DNA from: an uncultured Actinomycetota bacterium
GTDB lineage: Bacteria > Actinomycetota > UBA4738 > HRBIN12
NCBI GenBank assembly: GCA_963724415.1
Contig: CAVRUS010000007.1
Span: 61,888-125,887, forward strand
DNA: 64,000 nucleotides
Reading direction: 5' to 3'
Below are positions 9,509 through 20,922 of the stretch, one piece after another. The first letter of the stretch is position 1. Every line of letters begins with the position of its first letter. The notes beneath the pieces are model-generated. The model was not told where the DNA came from, did not search any database, and saw only the letters and a program-made list of their open reading frames with translations. The translations under genes were made by a program, and so were the position numbers.

Positions 9509-10892
9509 CTAGCCGCGTTCGAAGTACCGCGCGAGCTCCCAGTCGGTCACGGTCTGGTTGTCGAAGATGATCTGCTCCTGCCGGGCCATGTTCAGCAGGT
9601 GCCCGAACGCGAAGTCGCCGAACGCCTCCCGCATCACGTCGGAGCGCTCCATCGCGTCGATCGCTTCGTGGAGCGACGATGGGACGCGTGCCGCGTCCTT
9701 CGACTCGTAGGCGTTCCCCTCGAACAGCGGAGGGCATTCGACCTTGTTCGCGATCCCGTGGAGTCCGCTCGCGATCGTCGCGGCGTAGCCCAGGTAGGGG
9801 TTCACGTCCCCGCCGGGGATGCGGGACTCGACGCGATACCCGTTGTGCTCCCCGACCACCCGGAACCCGCACGTCCGGTTGTCGTGGCTCCACAGGATCG
9901 CCGTCGGCGCCCAGGATCCGAGCTGGTACCGCTTGTACGAGTTCACGAACGGCGCGTACATCCACGCCATCTCCCGCGCCGTCGACATCCAGCCGCCGAG
10001 GAAGTGACCGCACGTCTCGGACATGTGGTTCGGGTCGTCGTCGCTCCACATCAGCGACTCGCTCCCGTCCTCGTTCCAGACGCTCGCGTGCATGTGGCAC
10101 GACGAACCGGCCTCGGCCATCGTCCACTTCGCCATGAACGTGATCGCGGCGCCGTTCAGCGCGGCGATCTCCTTCACGCCGTGCTTGTAGATCGCGTGGT
10201 AGTCGGCCGTGGCCAGCGCGTCGGCGTACGTGATGTTGATCTCGTGCTGTCCCTTGCCGAACTCGCCCTTCGAGAACTCGATCGGGATCCCCGCGGCGTA
10301 CATGTTGTTGCGGATCTGGCGGATCAGCCACTCGTCCTTGGTGGTCTGGAGCATGTGGTAGTCCATGATGTACGGCGAGCTGGGCTGCAGGTCCTGGTAC
10401 CGCTTCTGCGCCGCCTCGTCGTAGGACTCCTTGAACAGATAGAACTCGAGCTCCGACCCGGTCTTGAACGTGTAGCCGGCCTGCTTCGCCCGCTCGACCT
10501 GGCGCTTCAGGATCGTCCGCGGCGCGACTTCCACCAGCTCACCGGTGTGCTCGTCGGCGACGTCGCAGATCACCATCGCCGTCTTCTCGAGCCACGGCAC
10601 GAGCCGGAGCGTCGACATGTCCGGGATCATCTTGAAGTCGCCGTAGCCGGTCTCCCAGCTCGCGTACTCGAAGCCCGGCAGGGGCTCCATCTCCATGTCG
10701 ATCGCGATCAGGTAGAGGCACGCATGGAGGCCCTCCTCGCCCATCACGTCGTCAAGGAAGAAGTGGGGCAGGATCCGCTTGCCGACGAACCGTCCCCTGG
10801 AAGTCCGTGAACATGCACAGGACGGTGTCGATCTCGCCGGCGTCGGCGAGCTCCTCGAGCTGCTTCGCGTCGATCATGCCCTGCTGCGACAT
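9509..10892 (-). CDS. Glutamine synthetase family gamma-glutamyl ligase, GlnA4-like (frameshift ~10795)
   Basis: N-terminus MSQQGM...IDTVLCMFTDFQG then RFVGKR after an extra G in a G-run; GSELEFYLF, GQHEINI, SSCHMHAS, NSYKR, DNRT, ESRIPGGDVNPY. Confidence 0.88.
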
Positions 10893-10913
10893 CGCTCCCC
10901 CTCACCCGTGAAG

Positions 10914-10949
10914 ACGAGCGCGGCGGCCGTTCCTGGCCGCCGCGCTCGT
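10914..10949 (-). terminator. Strong hairpin between permease and GS-family gene
   Basis: Perfect 15-bp stem ACGAGCGCGGCGGCC/GGCCGCCGCGCTCGT, 6-nt loop, only a weak U-tract. Confidence 0.55.
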
Positions 10950-10960
10950 TCCGTGCCGCG

Positions 10961-12595
10961 CTACCCGCTCGACGGCGGCGGGGGAGGCGGCGGCTCCGTC
11001 GTCGTCGTCGTCATCGTGTCGCCACGTAGGACGGCTTCCTGCTCAGCGGCGCTTGTCCCGAAGCTCACATCCGGGACCCCCTTCTCGCCCTGCGTGAGCG
11101 CGAACTCCTCCTCCGGGGAAAGCACCAGCCGGTTCCGGCCGGCGATCGCGAAGTAGAGGAGGCCGAGGATGTAGTACACGGCGACGCCGTAGACGCCCGG
11201 TCGATAATCCTCGTTCAGGAAGATCGACACCAGCGCCACCAACGCGATGATCCCGGCGATCGCCGCTCCCGGCACGCCCCACTTGCTTCGGTAGGGTCGA
11301 TCGATGTTCGGGAGTCTCTGCCGGAGCAGGATGAACGACAGACACTGAAGCGCGTAGGAGATGACCGCTGCGAACACCGCCATGTTCAGCACGGCCGCGA
11401 CCACCTGTGCCCCCGCGGTGCCCGCCTCCGCGTTGCGGAAGAAGAGCCACACGATGAGCACGACGAGGTATCCGACGATCGCGCCGGTAACGAGGGCGAT
11501 GTGCGGTGTCTTCCGTTCCCCGTGTGTCACGGAGAGGAACTTCGGGAAGTACCCGGCACGTGACAGGGAGTACGTGTTGCGGCCGTACGCGTAGATGATC
11601 GTGAAGAAGCTCGCCACCAGCCCGATCAGGCCGAACAGGGCGAGGATCTCGGCGGCGAATCCTTCTCCGAACACTCCCTTGAAGCCGTCGAAGAGCGGCG
11701 TTCCGGACGCGCCGATCGCCGAGGCGCCACCGTCCACGCCGGAGTTGATGAACAGGGTGAGAACGCTCGCGATCAACAGCGTGTGCATCCCAAGGATCGT
11801 GCCCTTCGGGACGTCTCGCCGTGGGTCCATCGACTCTTCCGCGGCGAGTGGCACCTCCTCGATAGCGAGGTAGAACCAGATCGCGAACGGGAGGGCTTTG
11901 AAGATGCCGCTGATCCCGAACGGCAGGAATGGACCGCCGCCGCCCGCGAGGGCTTCACCGCCTCCCTCCGGGATGTTGTACCAGAGATCCATGTTGAATT
12001 CCCCGGACACGATCGCGGAGACGTAGAAGATCGCCAGCACGCCGAGCGCCAGGACCGTGATCGCCACGGTGAACCGCATCGTCGCTTCGATGCCGATGAT
12101 GTTGACCCAGACGAAGAGGGCGTAGAACACGAGCCACCAGATCGGCTCACTGTTCCACCAGGGATCGCCGGTGATGTCGAAGAAGCTGATCATGAGCTCC
12201 TGCATCAACAGGCCGATCGCACCGACCACGACGGCGGGCGTGATCACGTACTCCATGTTCTCGGCGAGCCCGGTGGTGAACCCACCCCACGGACCCATGG
12301 CCGAGCGAGCGAAGGAGTACGCGCCGCCCGTATGCGGCAGGGCAGGGGACATCTCCGCGATGCTGTAGCACAGGCCGTAATACATGACGGCGATCACCGC
12401 TGTCGCGATGAGCAGTCCGCCGAACCCGCCGACGTCGAGGCCGAAGTTCCAGCCGTAGAAGTCGCCCGAGATGACCGCGCCGACACCCAGCGCCCAGAGC
12501 GACCAGACGCCGGCATGCCGTCGGAGCCCTCGCTTCTCGAAGTAGTCCTGGTCTACTTCGCGGTAGGTGACCGAGCCGAGTTTGCGTTCAGACAC
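10961..12595 (-). CDS. eat: APC amino-acid/ethanolamine permease
   Basis: LGVGAVISGDFYGWNFG, PFAIWFYLAIE, AAEE motifs; many TM segments; GGGAGG SD before GTG. Confidence 0.8.
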   Translation of the reverse strand: MSERKLGSVTYREVDQDYFEKRGLRRHAGVWSLWALGVGAVISGDFYGWNFGLDVGGFGGLLIATAVIAVMYYGLCYSIAEMSPALPHTGGAYSFARSAMGPWGGFTTGLAENMEYVITPAVVVGAIGLLMQELMISFFDITGDPWWNSEPIWWLVFYALFVWVNIIGIEATMRFTVAITVLALGVLAIFYVSAIVSGEFNMDLWYNIPEGGGEALAGGGGPFLPFGISGIFKALPFAIWFYLAIEEVPLAAEESMDPRRDVPKGTILGMHTLLIASVLTLFINSGVDGGASAIGASGTPLFDGFKGVFGEGFAAEILALFGLIGLVASFFTIIYAYGRNTYSLSRAGYFPKFLSVTHGERKTPHIALVTGAIVGYLVVLIVWLFFRNAEAGTAGAQVVAAVLNMAVFAAVISYALQCLSFILLRQRLPNIDRPYRSKWGVPGAAIAGIIALVALVSIFLNEDYRPGVYGVAVYYILGLLYFAIAGRNRLVLSPEEEFALTQGEKGVPDVSFGTSAAEQEAVLRGDTMTTTTTEPPPPPPPSSG

Positions 12596-12666
12596 GGCTA
12601 CAACCTCCCTCCCTCGACCGCCCACGCGGCCGATGGCGGTAATTCAGCCTCAGCCCGGTCGGGCTG

Positions 12667-12957
12667 TCAATCTGACGGGTTGCCTCCAAATGATCCTCGC
12701 GCGCCCTTGAGGACAGCCCCCACCAGGAAGGCGCCTATCAGCCACGTCGCGATCGTGAGTGTGTATCCCCACACACCCGAGATCGTTGCGAACAGCGCGC
12801 CGAGCACCACCGAGACGGCGAGCGCCACGATCCCGATGTGTCGCCTCAAGATCGATCGGATCAGCAGGAGCGTCAGGATCGCGCCGACCAGGGGAGCGAG
12901 GGTGTAGGGGCCGTCTCCCCCACTCCACGTGTGTCCGGTGGCGAGATCGCCGAACAT
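12667..12957 (-). CDS. Small membrane protein (about 3 TM)
   Basis: 96-aa hydrophobic ORF; TACGAT -10 just upstream. Confidence 0.6.
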   Translation of the reverse strand: MFGDLATGHTWSGGDGPYTLAPLVGAILTLLLIRSILRRHIGIVALAVSVVLGALFATISGVWGYTLTIATWLIGAFLVGAVLKGARGSFGGNPSD

Positions 12958-12984
12958 GTGCTGATCGTACGCCTCCGATCTCGC

Positions 12985-13764
12985 TTAATCCTCGGGCGTC
13001 ACGTAGGCGGCCGTGATCCCGCCGTCCACGATGAGCGAGGCGCCCGTCATGAAGCTCGAGTCGTCGCTCGCGAGGAACAGCGCCGCCTTCGCGAGTTCCT
13101 CCGGCCGGCCCAGGCGCCCCAACGGGATGTGGACGAATCGCCGCTGGCGCCGCTCCGGATCGGAGAGCAGCTCCGCCAACAGCGGCGTGTCGATCGGGCC
13201 GGGGCACAGCGCGTTGCACCGCACACCCTTCCGCGCGTACTCGACCGCGATCTCACGCGTCATCGCGAGCACCGCTCCCTTCGACGCCGTGTAGGCGGTC
13301 TGGGAGGTGGCGGCCCCCATCCACGCGACGAAGGAGGCCACGTTGATGATCGAACCCCCTCCCGAGGCGATCATCGCCGGGATCCCGTACTTGCAGCCGT
13401 GGGCGACGCCCTTCACGTTGACCGCGAGGGTCGTGTCCCAGATGGACTCGTCGGTCGAATCGACCGAGCCGTCGTCGGCGAGCATCACCCCGGCGTTGTT
13501 GTAGAGGATCGTGAGTCCGCCGTACGCCTCGACCGCCCGCGCGACCATCTGTTCGGCGTCTTCTTCGCGAGAGACGTCCGCGTGGACGTACGTCGCGTCG
13601 CCGCCGTCGGCGCGGAGCTTCTCCGCGACCTGCTCGCCGGCGTCATCGCTGACGTCCGTGAGGACCACCTTCGCGCCCTCGGCCGCGAACAGCTGGGACG
13701 CGATCATCCCCATGCCGCTCGCGCCTCCGGTGATCAAGGCGACCTTGCCGTCCAGGCGTCCCAT
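12985..13764 (-). CDS. Short-chain dehydrogenase/reductase
   Basis: TGGASGMG, NNAG, YTASK, NALCPGP; GGAGAGG SD. Confidence 0.92.
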   Translation of the reverse strand: MGRLDGKVALITGGASGMGMIASQLFAAEGAKVVLTDVSDDAGEQVAEKLRADGGDATYVHADVSREEDAEQMVARAVEAYGGLTILYNNAGVMLADDGSVDSTDESIWDTTLAVNVKGVAHGCKYGIPAMIASGGGSIINVASFVAWMGAATSQTAYTASKGAVLAMTREIAVEYARKGVRCNALCPGPIDTPLLAELLSDPERRQRRFVHIPLGRLGRPEELAKAALFLASDDSSFMTGASLIVDGGITAAYVTPED

Positions 13765-13899
13765 CGATACCTCTCCGTCCTTTGGTCCGTCTCGGGCGAT
13801 CCTGTGCGGCCGAGGATATCGCCGGTTCCGGGCGGACGGAGCCGCCGCCTTCCCGGCGTCTCCGGAGAGGGCGTCGGGGCCTTCAGTAGACTCGACCGC

Positions 13900-14436
13900 A
13901 TGCCTGAGTTGCCAGAAGAGCTGAAGACTCGCCCCGAACGCAAGGCCGGACAGGAGCCGACGGCGTCGCTCACGCTCGAGGCCTACAAGCGGCTGAGGAC
14001 CGAGCTGGACGAGCTGTTGACCAACGGACGTGACCGGATGGCGGAGCGTCTCAAGGTTGCGCGCGAGCACGGCGACATCAAAGAGAACGCCGAGTACGAC
14101 GCCGCCAAGGACGCCCAGGGCCTGATGGAATCGCAGATCCGCCGGTTGCAGGAGGCGCTCCGCGATCCGGAGATCATCGAGGCACCCCTGTCGGCCGAGG
14201 CGATCGTGCCGCACATGCTCGTCACGGTCCGTTCGGTGGATGACGGGGAAGACGAGGAGACCTACCTCCTGGCCGAGCACGGCGAGGAGAAAGCGCCCGG
14301 TGCCCGAACCGTCACGACGTCCTCCCCTCTCGGATCCGCGCTGATGGGAGCGGCGAAGGACCAAGAGGTGCTGGTCCAGGCGCCCGGCGGTAGCTTCCGG
14401 TACGTGGTCGTCGGATTCGAGCCGTTCGTCGGCTGA
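13900..14436 (+). CDS. greA: Transcription elongation factor GreA/GreB family
   Basis: AREHGDIKENAEYDAAK, SPLGSALMG motifs. Confidence 0.9.
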   Translation: MPELPEELKTRPERKAGQEPTASLTLEAYKRLRTELDELLTNGRDRMAERLKVAREHGDIKENAEYDAAKDAQGLMESQIRRLQEALRDPEIIEAPLSAEAIVPHMLVTVRSVDDGEDEETYLLAEHGEEKAPGARTVTTSSPLGSALMGAAKDQEVLVQAPGGSFRYVVVGFEPFVG

Positions 14437-14449
14437 TGAGCGTGAGCTG

Positions 14450-15124
14450 ATGGGCCGGCGCGCGGCCACGGGGCATCGCTCGAGACCGCACGTCGCGCGC
14501 GAGGCGCCGAAGGTCCGCGACTTGCCGGCGCCGCGGAAGAACCAGTCGGCGGCCGGCGGCGCGATCCAGTGGGCGTTCCAGTGGCCGTACCGAGCGATCC
14601 TGGCGTTCCTGATCTGGGCGCGGGTGCGCCCGTGGCACCTGACCGTCGGCGCCCTCGCCCTCAACGTGCTCACCGGTGTGCTGATCCTCACCGGGGACTG
14701 GTTCCTCGCCGGTTGGGCGTTACTCGTCGCCGGCCTATGCGACGTGTTCGATGGCTCCGTGGCGAGGCACTACGGGCAGCAGAAGCGGTCCGGAGCGTTC
14801 ATGGACTCGGTGCTCGACCGTGTGGCCGACGCGATCCTGTTCGCGTGTCTGTTCTGGGCCCTCGCGGAGGACGGGCGCACGCTCGACGCCGCCCTCGCGC
14901 TCTTCACGCTCGTCGTGAGCCTCACCGTGAGCCACATCCGCGCGGAGGCCGAGGCGGTCGGCGTGCAGCTCACCGAAGGCTTCTTCCAGCGGCTCGAACG
15001 GTTCATCGCGCTGATCATCGGCCTCATGATCCCCGGCGCGATGACCCCGATCCTGGTGATCCTCGCCGTCCTCGGCGCCGTGACCGCCCTCCAGCGCGGC
15101 TGGTCCGCGCTCGTCCGGGCCTAG
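14450..15124 (+). CDS. CDP-alcohol phosphatidyltransferase
   Basis: DVFDGSVAR..GAFMDSVLDRVAD signature. Confidence 0.9.
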   Translation: MGRRAATGHRSRPHVAREAPKVRDLPAPRKNQSAAGGAIQWAFQWPYRAILAFLIWARVRPWHLTVGALALNVLTGVLILTGDWFLAGWALLVAGLCDVFDGSVARHYGQQKRSGAFMDSVLDRVADAILFACLFWALAEDGRTLDAALALFTLVVSLTVSHIRAEAEAVGVQLTEGFFQRLERFIALIIGLMIPGAMTPILVILAVLGAVTALQRGWSALVRA

Positions 15125-15129
15125 GGCCG

Positions 15130-15462
15130 ATGACGTTCGTCCGCGTCGCCTCGCTCGCCGAGATCCCCGAGGGCGAGATGCGGGCGTTCGACATGTCGAC
15201 CGGCCGCGTGGCCGTCGCGCACGTGGAGGCGCGGCTCTTCGCGTTCTCCGACGAGTGCACCCATGCGGGGTGCGCGCTCTCGGAAGGTGACTTCGACGAC
15301 CGTGCCGCGACCGTCGAGTGTCCGTGTCACGGGAGCGTGTTCGACGTCGAGACGGGTGAACCCGTGGACGGTCCCGCGCAGGACCCCGTCGCGATCCATC
15401 AAGCGCGGCTCGTGGACGGCTGGGTGGAGATCGCCGACCAGCCGGCGGCCGAGCCGGTCTGA
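15130..15462 (+). CDS. Rieske-type [2Fe-2S] ferredoxin
   Basis: CTH...CPCHGSVFD motif. Confidence 0.9.
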   Translation: MTFVRVASLAEIPEGEMRAFDMSTGRVAVAHVEARLFAFSDECTHAGCALSEGDFDDRAATVECPCHGSVFDVETGEPVDGPAQDPVAIHQARLVDGWVEIADQPAAEPV

Positions 15463-15547
15463 TGCCGCGACTGGCTCGCCGGACGCGCTCCGGGGTAGGC
15501 TCGCTCTCTTCCGGTTTCTGGCTTCCGGCGAACGAGGAGGCTTCCCT

Positions 15548-16954
15548 ATGCCCGACCCGACCACCACCCGCTTCGACCTCTCGCAGGACCAGCTCCCGAC
15601 CGCGTGGCTGAACATCCTGCCGTCCCTCGCGCAGGCGGGGATCCAGCCGCTCCCGCCCGTCCACCCGGGAACCCACGAGCCCGTGACGCCCGACCTCCTC
15701 GCGCCGCTGTTCCCCGAGGCGTTGATCCTCCAGGAGGTCTCGACGGACCCGTGGATCGACATCCCGGGTGAGGTCCTCGACATCTATCGGCTCTGGCGGC
15801 CGTCCCCGCTGCACCGAGCCGTCCGGCTCGAGAAGGCGCTGCAGACGACCGCTCGGATCTACTTCAAGTACGAAGGGGTCTCGCCGGCGGGGAGCCACAA
15901 GCCGAACACGGCGATCGCGCAGGCCTACTACAACAAGGAGGCGGGCACGAAGCGCCTGGCGACGGAGACGGGCGCCGGACAATGGGGGTCGGCCCTCGCG
16001 ATGGCCTCGAAGTTCTTCGGCCTCGACTGCCAGGTCTTCATGGTGAAGGCCTCCTACGATCAGAAGCCGTACCGGCGGATCTTCATGGAGACGTTCGGCG
16101 CCGAGGTCGTGCCGTCACCGTCACCCACGACCCAGGCGGGCAAGGCGATCCTCGAGGCGGATCCGGAGTCGACGGGGTCCCTCGGGATCGCGATCAGCGA
16201 GGCCGTGGAGGTGGCGGCCACGTCCGGCGGCGCGATCAAGTACTCGCTCGGATCCGTGCTCAACCACGTCCTGCTCCACCAGACCGTGATCGGTCTCGAA
16301 GCGAAGGCGCAGATGGAGCTCGCGGGCGAGCGACCCGACGTCGTCGTCGGATGCGTCGGCGGCGGTTCCAACTACGCCGGCTTGGCCTACCCGTTCATGG
16401 TCGATCGGCTGTCGGGTGCGACGCCGGAGATGCGGTTCCTCGCGACCGAGCCGGCCGCGTGCCCGACGCTCACGAAGGGCCGTTTCGCGTACGACTTCGG
16501 CGACACCGGCGAGATGACGCCGCTGCTGCCGATGTACACGCTCGGTCACACGTTCGTGCCGGCGCCCGTGCACGCGGGCGGCCTGCGGTACCACGGCGAC
16601 GCGCCGTCGCTCTCTCTGCTCGTGAAGCACGGTCACATGGAGGCCACCGCGTTCACCCAGAACGCCGTGTTCGATGCGGCCGTGCAGTTCGCACACACGG
16701 AGGGGATCGTGCCGGCGCCCGAGTCGGCACACGCCGTCCGCGGGGCGATCGACGAGGCCATCGCGGCGCGCGAAGCCGGCGAGGAGCGCGTGATCCTCTT
16801 CGGCCTCTCCGGGCATGGTGCGTTCGACATGCAGGCGTACGACGACTACCTCAACGGGCGCCTGCCCGAGGTCGAGTACCGCCAGGAGGATGTCGAGGCG
16901 GCGATGGCGAGCGTCCCCGACGTGGCGATCCCCGGGGAGCCGAGCGGTCCCTAG
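15548..16954 (+). CDS. TrpB-like PLP enzyme (TrpB2 type)
   Basis: [39 protein letters not shown]. Confidence 0.9.
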   Translation: MPDPTTTRFDLSQDQLPTAWLNILPSLAQAGIQPLPPVHPGTHEPVTPDLLAPLFPEALILQEVSTDPWIDIPGEVLDIYRLWRPSPLHRAVRLEKALQTTARIYFKYEGVSPAGSHKPNTAIAQAYYNKEAGTKRLATETGAGQWGSALAMASKFFGLDCQVFMVKASYDQKPYRRIFMETFGAEVVPSPSPTTQAGKAILEADPESTGSLGIAISEAVEVAATSGGAIKYSLGSVLNHVLLHQTVIGLEAKAQMELAGERPDVVVGCVGGGSNYAGLAYPFMVDRLSGATPEMRFLATEPAACPTLTKGRFAYDFGDTGEMTPLLPMYTLGHTFVPAPVHAGGLRYHGDAPSLSLLVKHGHMEATAFTQNAVFDAAVQFAHTEGIVPAPESAHAVRGAIDEAIAAREAGEERVILFGLSGHGAFDMQAYDDYLNGRLPEVEYRQEDVEAAMASVPDVAIPGEPSGP

Positions 16955-18045
16955 ATCTCGGTCTCGAACGTCCGTGGCGAGAGGCCGAACTCCTCGGCCG
17001 CGAGCTCCGCGATCTCTCGCGCGAGGATCGTGTAGCCGAGCGCGTTGAAGTGGAGGCCGTCGCCCTCGCGGATCAGGACCACCCGGCCGTCCTCCCGGAA
17101 GTACGCCGAGTAACCGCCCTCCGGATCGCGGAACCGATCCCATGCGTCGAAGTAGACGACGCCGTTGGCGATGTTCGCGGCGAACTCGATGATGTCGTTC
17201 TGACGCCTCGAATGCTCGCGGAGACGGAAGTCCGAAGCGATCGGCAGGCCGGCCCACACGACCTTCCCACCTCGGGAGGTCGCGATCCGCATCATCGTGA
17301 GGACACGTTCCCGGTAGGCCGCCGGCCAATCCGAGGTCCCGATCAGGGCTTCGCGGTTGCCGTGCACGTCCTGAAGCGACTGGTGGTCGTTCTCGCCGAG
17401 CATGACGATCACGAGGTCCGGGTCGAACCGATCGACGATCTGGCGCATCGTGTACGGCCAGTTGAAGTAGTCGGGTCTCGCCAGGCCCGTCGAGATCCTG
17501 CCCTGTCCCGAGACCCGCACGAGACGCGGCCGGAACACGCGTTCGGCGAAGAAGCCGAGTCCGGCGGCGAGCGAGTCCCCGACGATCGCGACCCGCAGCT
17601 TCCTGTCCGGTGTCGGCACGCGGATCGGCTCGCTCTCGCTCGCGGCGCCGTTGCCTCCGTTGCCGTCGGGGTCGTCCGGATCGTCGGGGGGCGCGATGGG
17701 GATGTCCTCGGGTGGTGGGACGAACGCACCGCCCGGCCTCCCGGGATCCCGCCCGACGGCGCGCTCGACCGTGCCGGCCACCTCGTCGAGGCCGACCCAC
17801 TCGCTCACCGTGGCGATCGGCGTGAGGATCGCGAGGGAGATCGTCCGTCTGATCCCGATCGGCGACGCGTCCGCCGCCCGACGCATCGTCGGGGCGTAGA
17901 GGACGGTCCACGAGAGGAGGCAAACGAGGAGCACCACGAGCACCCGGCCGGCGGGCATGAGCCGCCGTCCGTACAGCACCTTCGCCGCGACCGCCGGCGC
18001 GGCACCCTTCCTCGTCGTCACTCCCTCCTCCCGCGATCGGCTCAT
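16951..18045 (-). CDS. DUF459/SGNH hydrolase-fold protein, membrane anchored
   Basis: [26 protein letters not shown]. Confidence 0.82.
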   Translation of the reverse strand: MSRSREEGVTTRKGAAPAVAAKVLYGRRLMPAGRVLVVLLVCLLSWTVLYAPTMRRAADASPIGIRRTISLAILTPIATVSEWVGLDEVAGTVERAVGRDPGRPGGAFVPPPEDIPIAPPDDPDDPDGNGGNGAASESEPIRVPTPDRKLRVAIVGDSLAAGLGFFAERVFRPRLVRVSGQGRISTGLARPDYFNWPYTMRQIVDRFDPDLVIVMLGENDHQSLQDVHGNREALIGTSDWPAAYRERVLTMMRIATSRGGKVVWAGLPIASDFRLREHSRRQNDIIEFAANIANGVVYFDAWDRFRDPEGGYSAYFREDGRVVLIREGDGLHFNALGYTILAREIAELAAEEFGLSPRTFETEI

Positions 18046-18055
18046 GTCGTCCCCA

Positions 18056-19481
18056 TCAGAACTGGAAGTAGATGAAGGGTGCCACGCCGGGCGGTCCCAG
18101 GATCACGATCACCAGCAGGGCGAGCCCCAGGACGACGCCGAGGGGCGCCGGCTTGAGTCGGGAGAGGCCCGACTGGAGCCAGAGACCCAGGCCGCGGGGC
18201 CAGAACTGGAGCGCGAGCATCCCGGCGATCGTGAACACGACGAGAGGGTTCACGAATTCGCTGGGCGTGAACCAGCCAGTGAAGAGCCTGCGGAGCAGCG
18301 CGAACGCCGTGTCCAGGGAATCCGCCCGGAAGAAGACCCATCCCACGCACACGAGCGCGAACGTGGCGGCACATCGACGGAGGACGTCGAACCACCGGTC
18401 GTCTCGGTCCACATCGTCCGCGGAGGCTCGCTGCCGTCGCCATTGCTCCGCGGCGAGCAGCGCCCCGTGGTACGCGCCCCAGAACACGAACGTCCAAGCG
18501 GCTCCGTGCCAGAGGCCTCCGAGGAGCATCGTCACGAAGATGTTGATGAGGGTGCGCCGCGTTCCGCGCCGGTTCCCGCCGAGCGGGATGTAGAGGTAGT
18601 CCCGGAGCCAGCGAGAGAGCGTCATGTGCCACCGTCGCCAGAAGTCCTGGATCGAGCTCGCCGCGTACGGCCGGTCGAAGTTCTTCGGGAAGCGGAAGCC
18701 GAGGAGCTTCGCGATCCCGATCGCGATGTCCGTGTAGCCGCTGAAGTCGGCATAGATCACGATCGCGTAGCCGAGGATCGCGAAGAGCGCGTCGGGAGCG
18801 CTCCGGGTGAAGGGATCGCCGAAGACCGGGTCGACGATCTGCGCGGCGAGGTAGCTCGACACCACCACCTTCTTGAACAGACCCCCGAGGATCATCCAGG
18901 CCGCGCCGGCGACGTCGACGTGTCGCTCGTCCCTGCGTTCCCGGATCTGCGGGATCAGCTCTCCCGGGCGCACGATCGGCCCGGCGACGAGGTGCGGGAA
19001 GAACGACAGGTAGAGGAACACATCGGTCCACCCGGCCACCTCGAAGTCCCCGCGGAAGACGTCGACCACGTACGCGATCGCCATGAACGTGAAGAACGAG
19101 ATGCCGACGGGCAGGACGACCTGGATCAACGGGATCGACGAGTCCATCCCGAAGGACGTGAGCGTGTTCGTCACGTTGACGGCGAAGAACCCGTAGTACT
19201 TGAAGAACGCGAGCGGGAGCAGCAGGAGCGTGACGGCGATGCCGTTGACGACGAGGCGCGCGCGGGGCGTCCGTGCCTTGCTGACGGCGATCGCCCCCAG
19301 CTGTGCGAGGACGCTGATGCCGACCAGGAGGAGGACGAAGCGCCAGATCCCACCAGGCGTAGAAGACGTAGCTCGCGGCGATCATGAACCACTTCCACGG
19401 CTGCGCGAGGTGGTTCAGGAGCCAATGGCCGACGAAGACCAGCACGAAGAAGATCGCGAAGTCGACCGTGGGGAAGAGCAT
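18056..19481 (-). CDS. MBOAT family O-acyltransferase, AlgI/PatA-like (frameshift ~19347)
   Basis: MLFPT..ASYVFYAWWD then LPVGISFFTF, DFSGYTDIAIG, FWRRWHMTLS, GLWHGA. Confidence 0.88.
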
Positions 19482-19537
19482 CGGGGACGGATGCTAGCCG
19501 AGGTCGCGGGGCGATTCTGCCGGCGTGCGGAGGCGCC

Positions 19538-19891
19538 TCAGCGGTCGTCGACGAGCGGTCGGACCTCGATCGTGCCGCCCTCGGCAGCCGGGATCTTCGA
19601 CGCGTACGCGATCGCCGTTTCCAGGTCGCAGTCGACGACGAAATAGCCGCCGAACTGCTCCTCGGCGTCGGTGAGCGGCCCGTCGGAAGCGGTCGTCTCG
19701 CCGTCACGGACCCGGACGAGCGTGGCCGAGGTCGCCGATGCGAGCTCGTCGCCCGCCACATAGTGACCCTGCTCCTCCATCGAACGCTGGAGGGCGCCGT
19801 AGCGCTCGTACTGCGCGGTGCGTTCGGCGTCGGTAAGCGTGTCCCAGCCGCTCTCGTTGCCGTGGATCAGGAGCATGTAGCGCATCGGCAC
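19538..19891 (-). CDS. YciI family protein
   Basis: MRYMLLI, DGP..EQFGGYF, IEVRP. Confidence 0.88.
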   Translation of the reverse strand: MPMRYMLLIHGNESGWDTLTDAERTAQYERYGALQRSMEEQGHYVAGDELASATSATLVRVRDGETTASDGPLTDAEEQFGGYFVVDCDLETAIAYASKIPAAEGGTIEVRPLVDDR

Positions 19892-19921
19892 CTCCTCCGC
19901 CGAACGACGTCCGGCGCCACG

Positions 19922-20830
19922 CTAGCGGGCATCGCGGGCGGGCGCGACCGTGTCGACCGGCGAGGGTCCACCGGAGAGCGCACCCACGTAGACGCCGAGG
20001 AGCACGAGCGGCGCACCCAACAGGAGCGAGCTCGTCACGTCCTCCCCGAGCAGGAGGGCTCCGCCGATCACCGACACGATCGGGAACAGGACGAACTGGT
20101 AGCTGGCTCCGGTGGCGGTCCAGCGCCTGATCACGTAGACGAACAGCATGAACAGGAACGGTGATGCGATCACGAGGTAGATGAGCGCCGCCCACACGCT
20201 CGGGCTCCGAGGGGCGTGCCAGGACTCGCCCGCGACGAACGACAGGACGAGCAGCAGCACCGCGCCCACGGACATCCCGATCGCGTTCGTCACGACCGGA
20301 TGCGCCGAGGGCAGGAGCTTCAAGACGATCCCGGACTCCGCTGCGGCGATCGCCGCCACGACGATCGAGAGCACCGAGATCACGGAGACGTCGCCGGCGA
20401 GCGCGCCCGACGACATCACCGCGATGCCCGCCAGGGCGACGACGGCGCCGACGACCGCACGGAGCCGCAACTGCTCCAGCCGGTGCGCCGCCGCGAGCAT
20501 GACCGTGAGCAACGGAACCGACGCCATGATCGTGCCACCGAGGCCCGCGGGCACCTCCTGTGACCCCCAGTAGAAGAACGCGTAGGCGATCAGGAAGCTG
20601 AGGAGGCCGTAGACGAGGGCGCCGCCGAGCGCCCGGCCTCTCGGCAGCGGGTGATGTCCTCGAGCCACGAGCGCCCAGAGGATCAGCGATGCTCCGAGGA
20701 AGCGGATCCCCGCTCCCCAGAACGGGTCCAGCTCGCGGTTGCTGAATCGCACGGCGACGATGTTCGAGCCGGCGAGGAGCACGACACCGGCGAACGCGAG
20801 GAGGATCCGCCGATCGAAGACCGGGTTCAT
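19922..20830 (-). CDS. EamA/DMT family transporter
   Basis: About 10 TM segments in two repeats; LLGE motif. Confidence 0.85.
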   Translation of the reverse strand: MNPVFDRRILLAFAGVVLLAGSNIVAVRFSNRELDPFWGAGIRFLGASLILWALVARGHHPLPRGRALGGALVYGLLSFLIAYAFFYWGSQEVPAGLGGTIMASVPLLTVMLAAAHRLEQLRLRAVVGAVVALAGIAVMSSGALAGDVSVISVLSIVVAAIAAAESGIVLKLLPSAHPVVTNAIGMSVGAVLLLVLSFVAGESWHAPRSPSVWAALIYLVIASPFLFMLFVYVIRRWTATGASYQFVLFPIVSVIGGALLLGEDVTSSLLLGAPLVLLGVYVGALSGGPSPVDTVAPARDAR

Positions 20831-20922
20831 CGGCGGATGATAGGCCCCGGATCGGAGGCAGTAGCCTGTGGCATCGCATCACCGATCCGGCCGCCCCCAC
20901 GGCCCACCGACCAGGAGGATCC

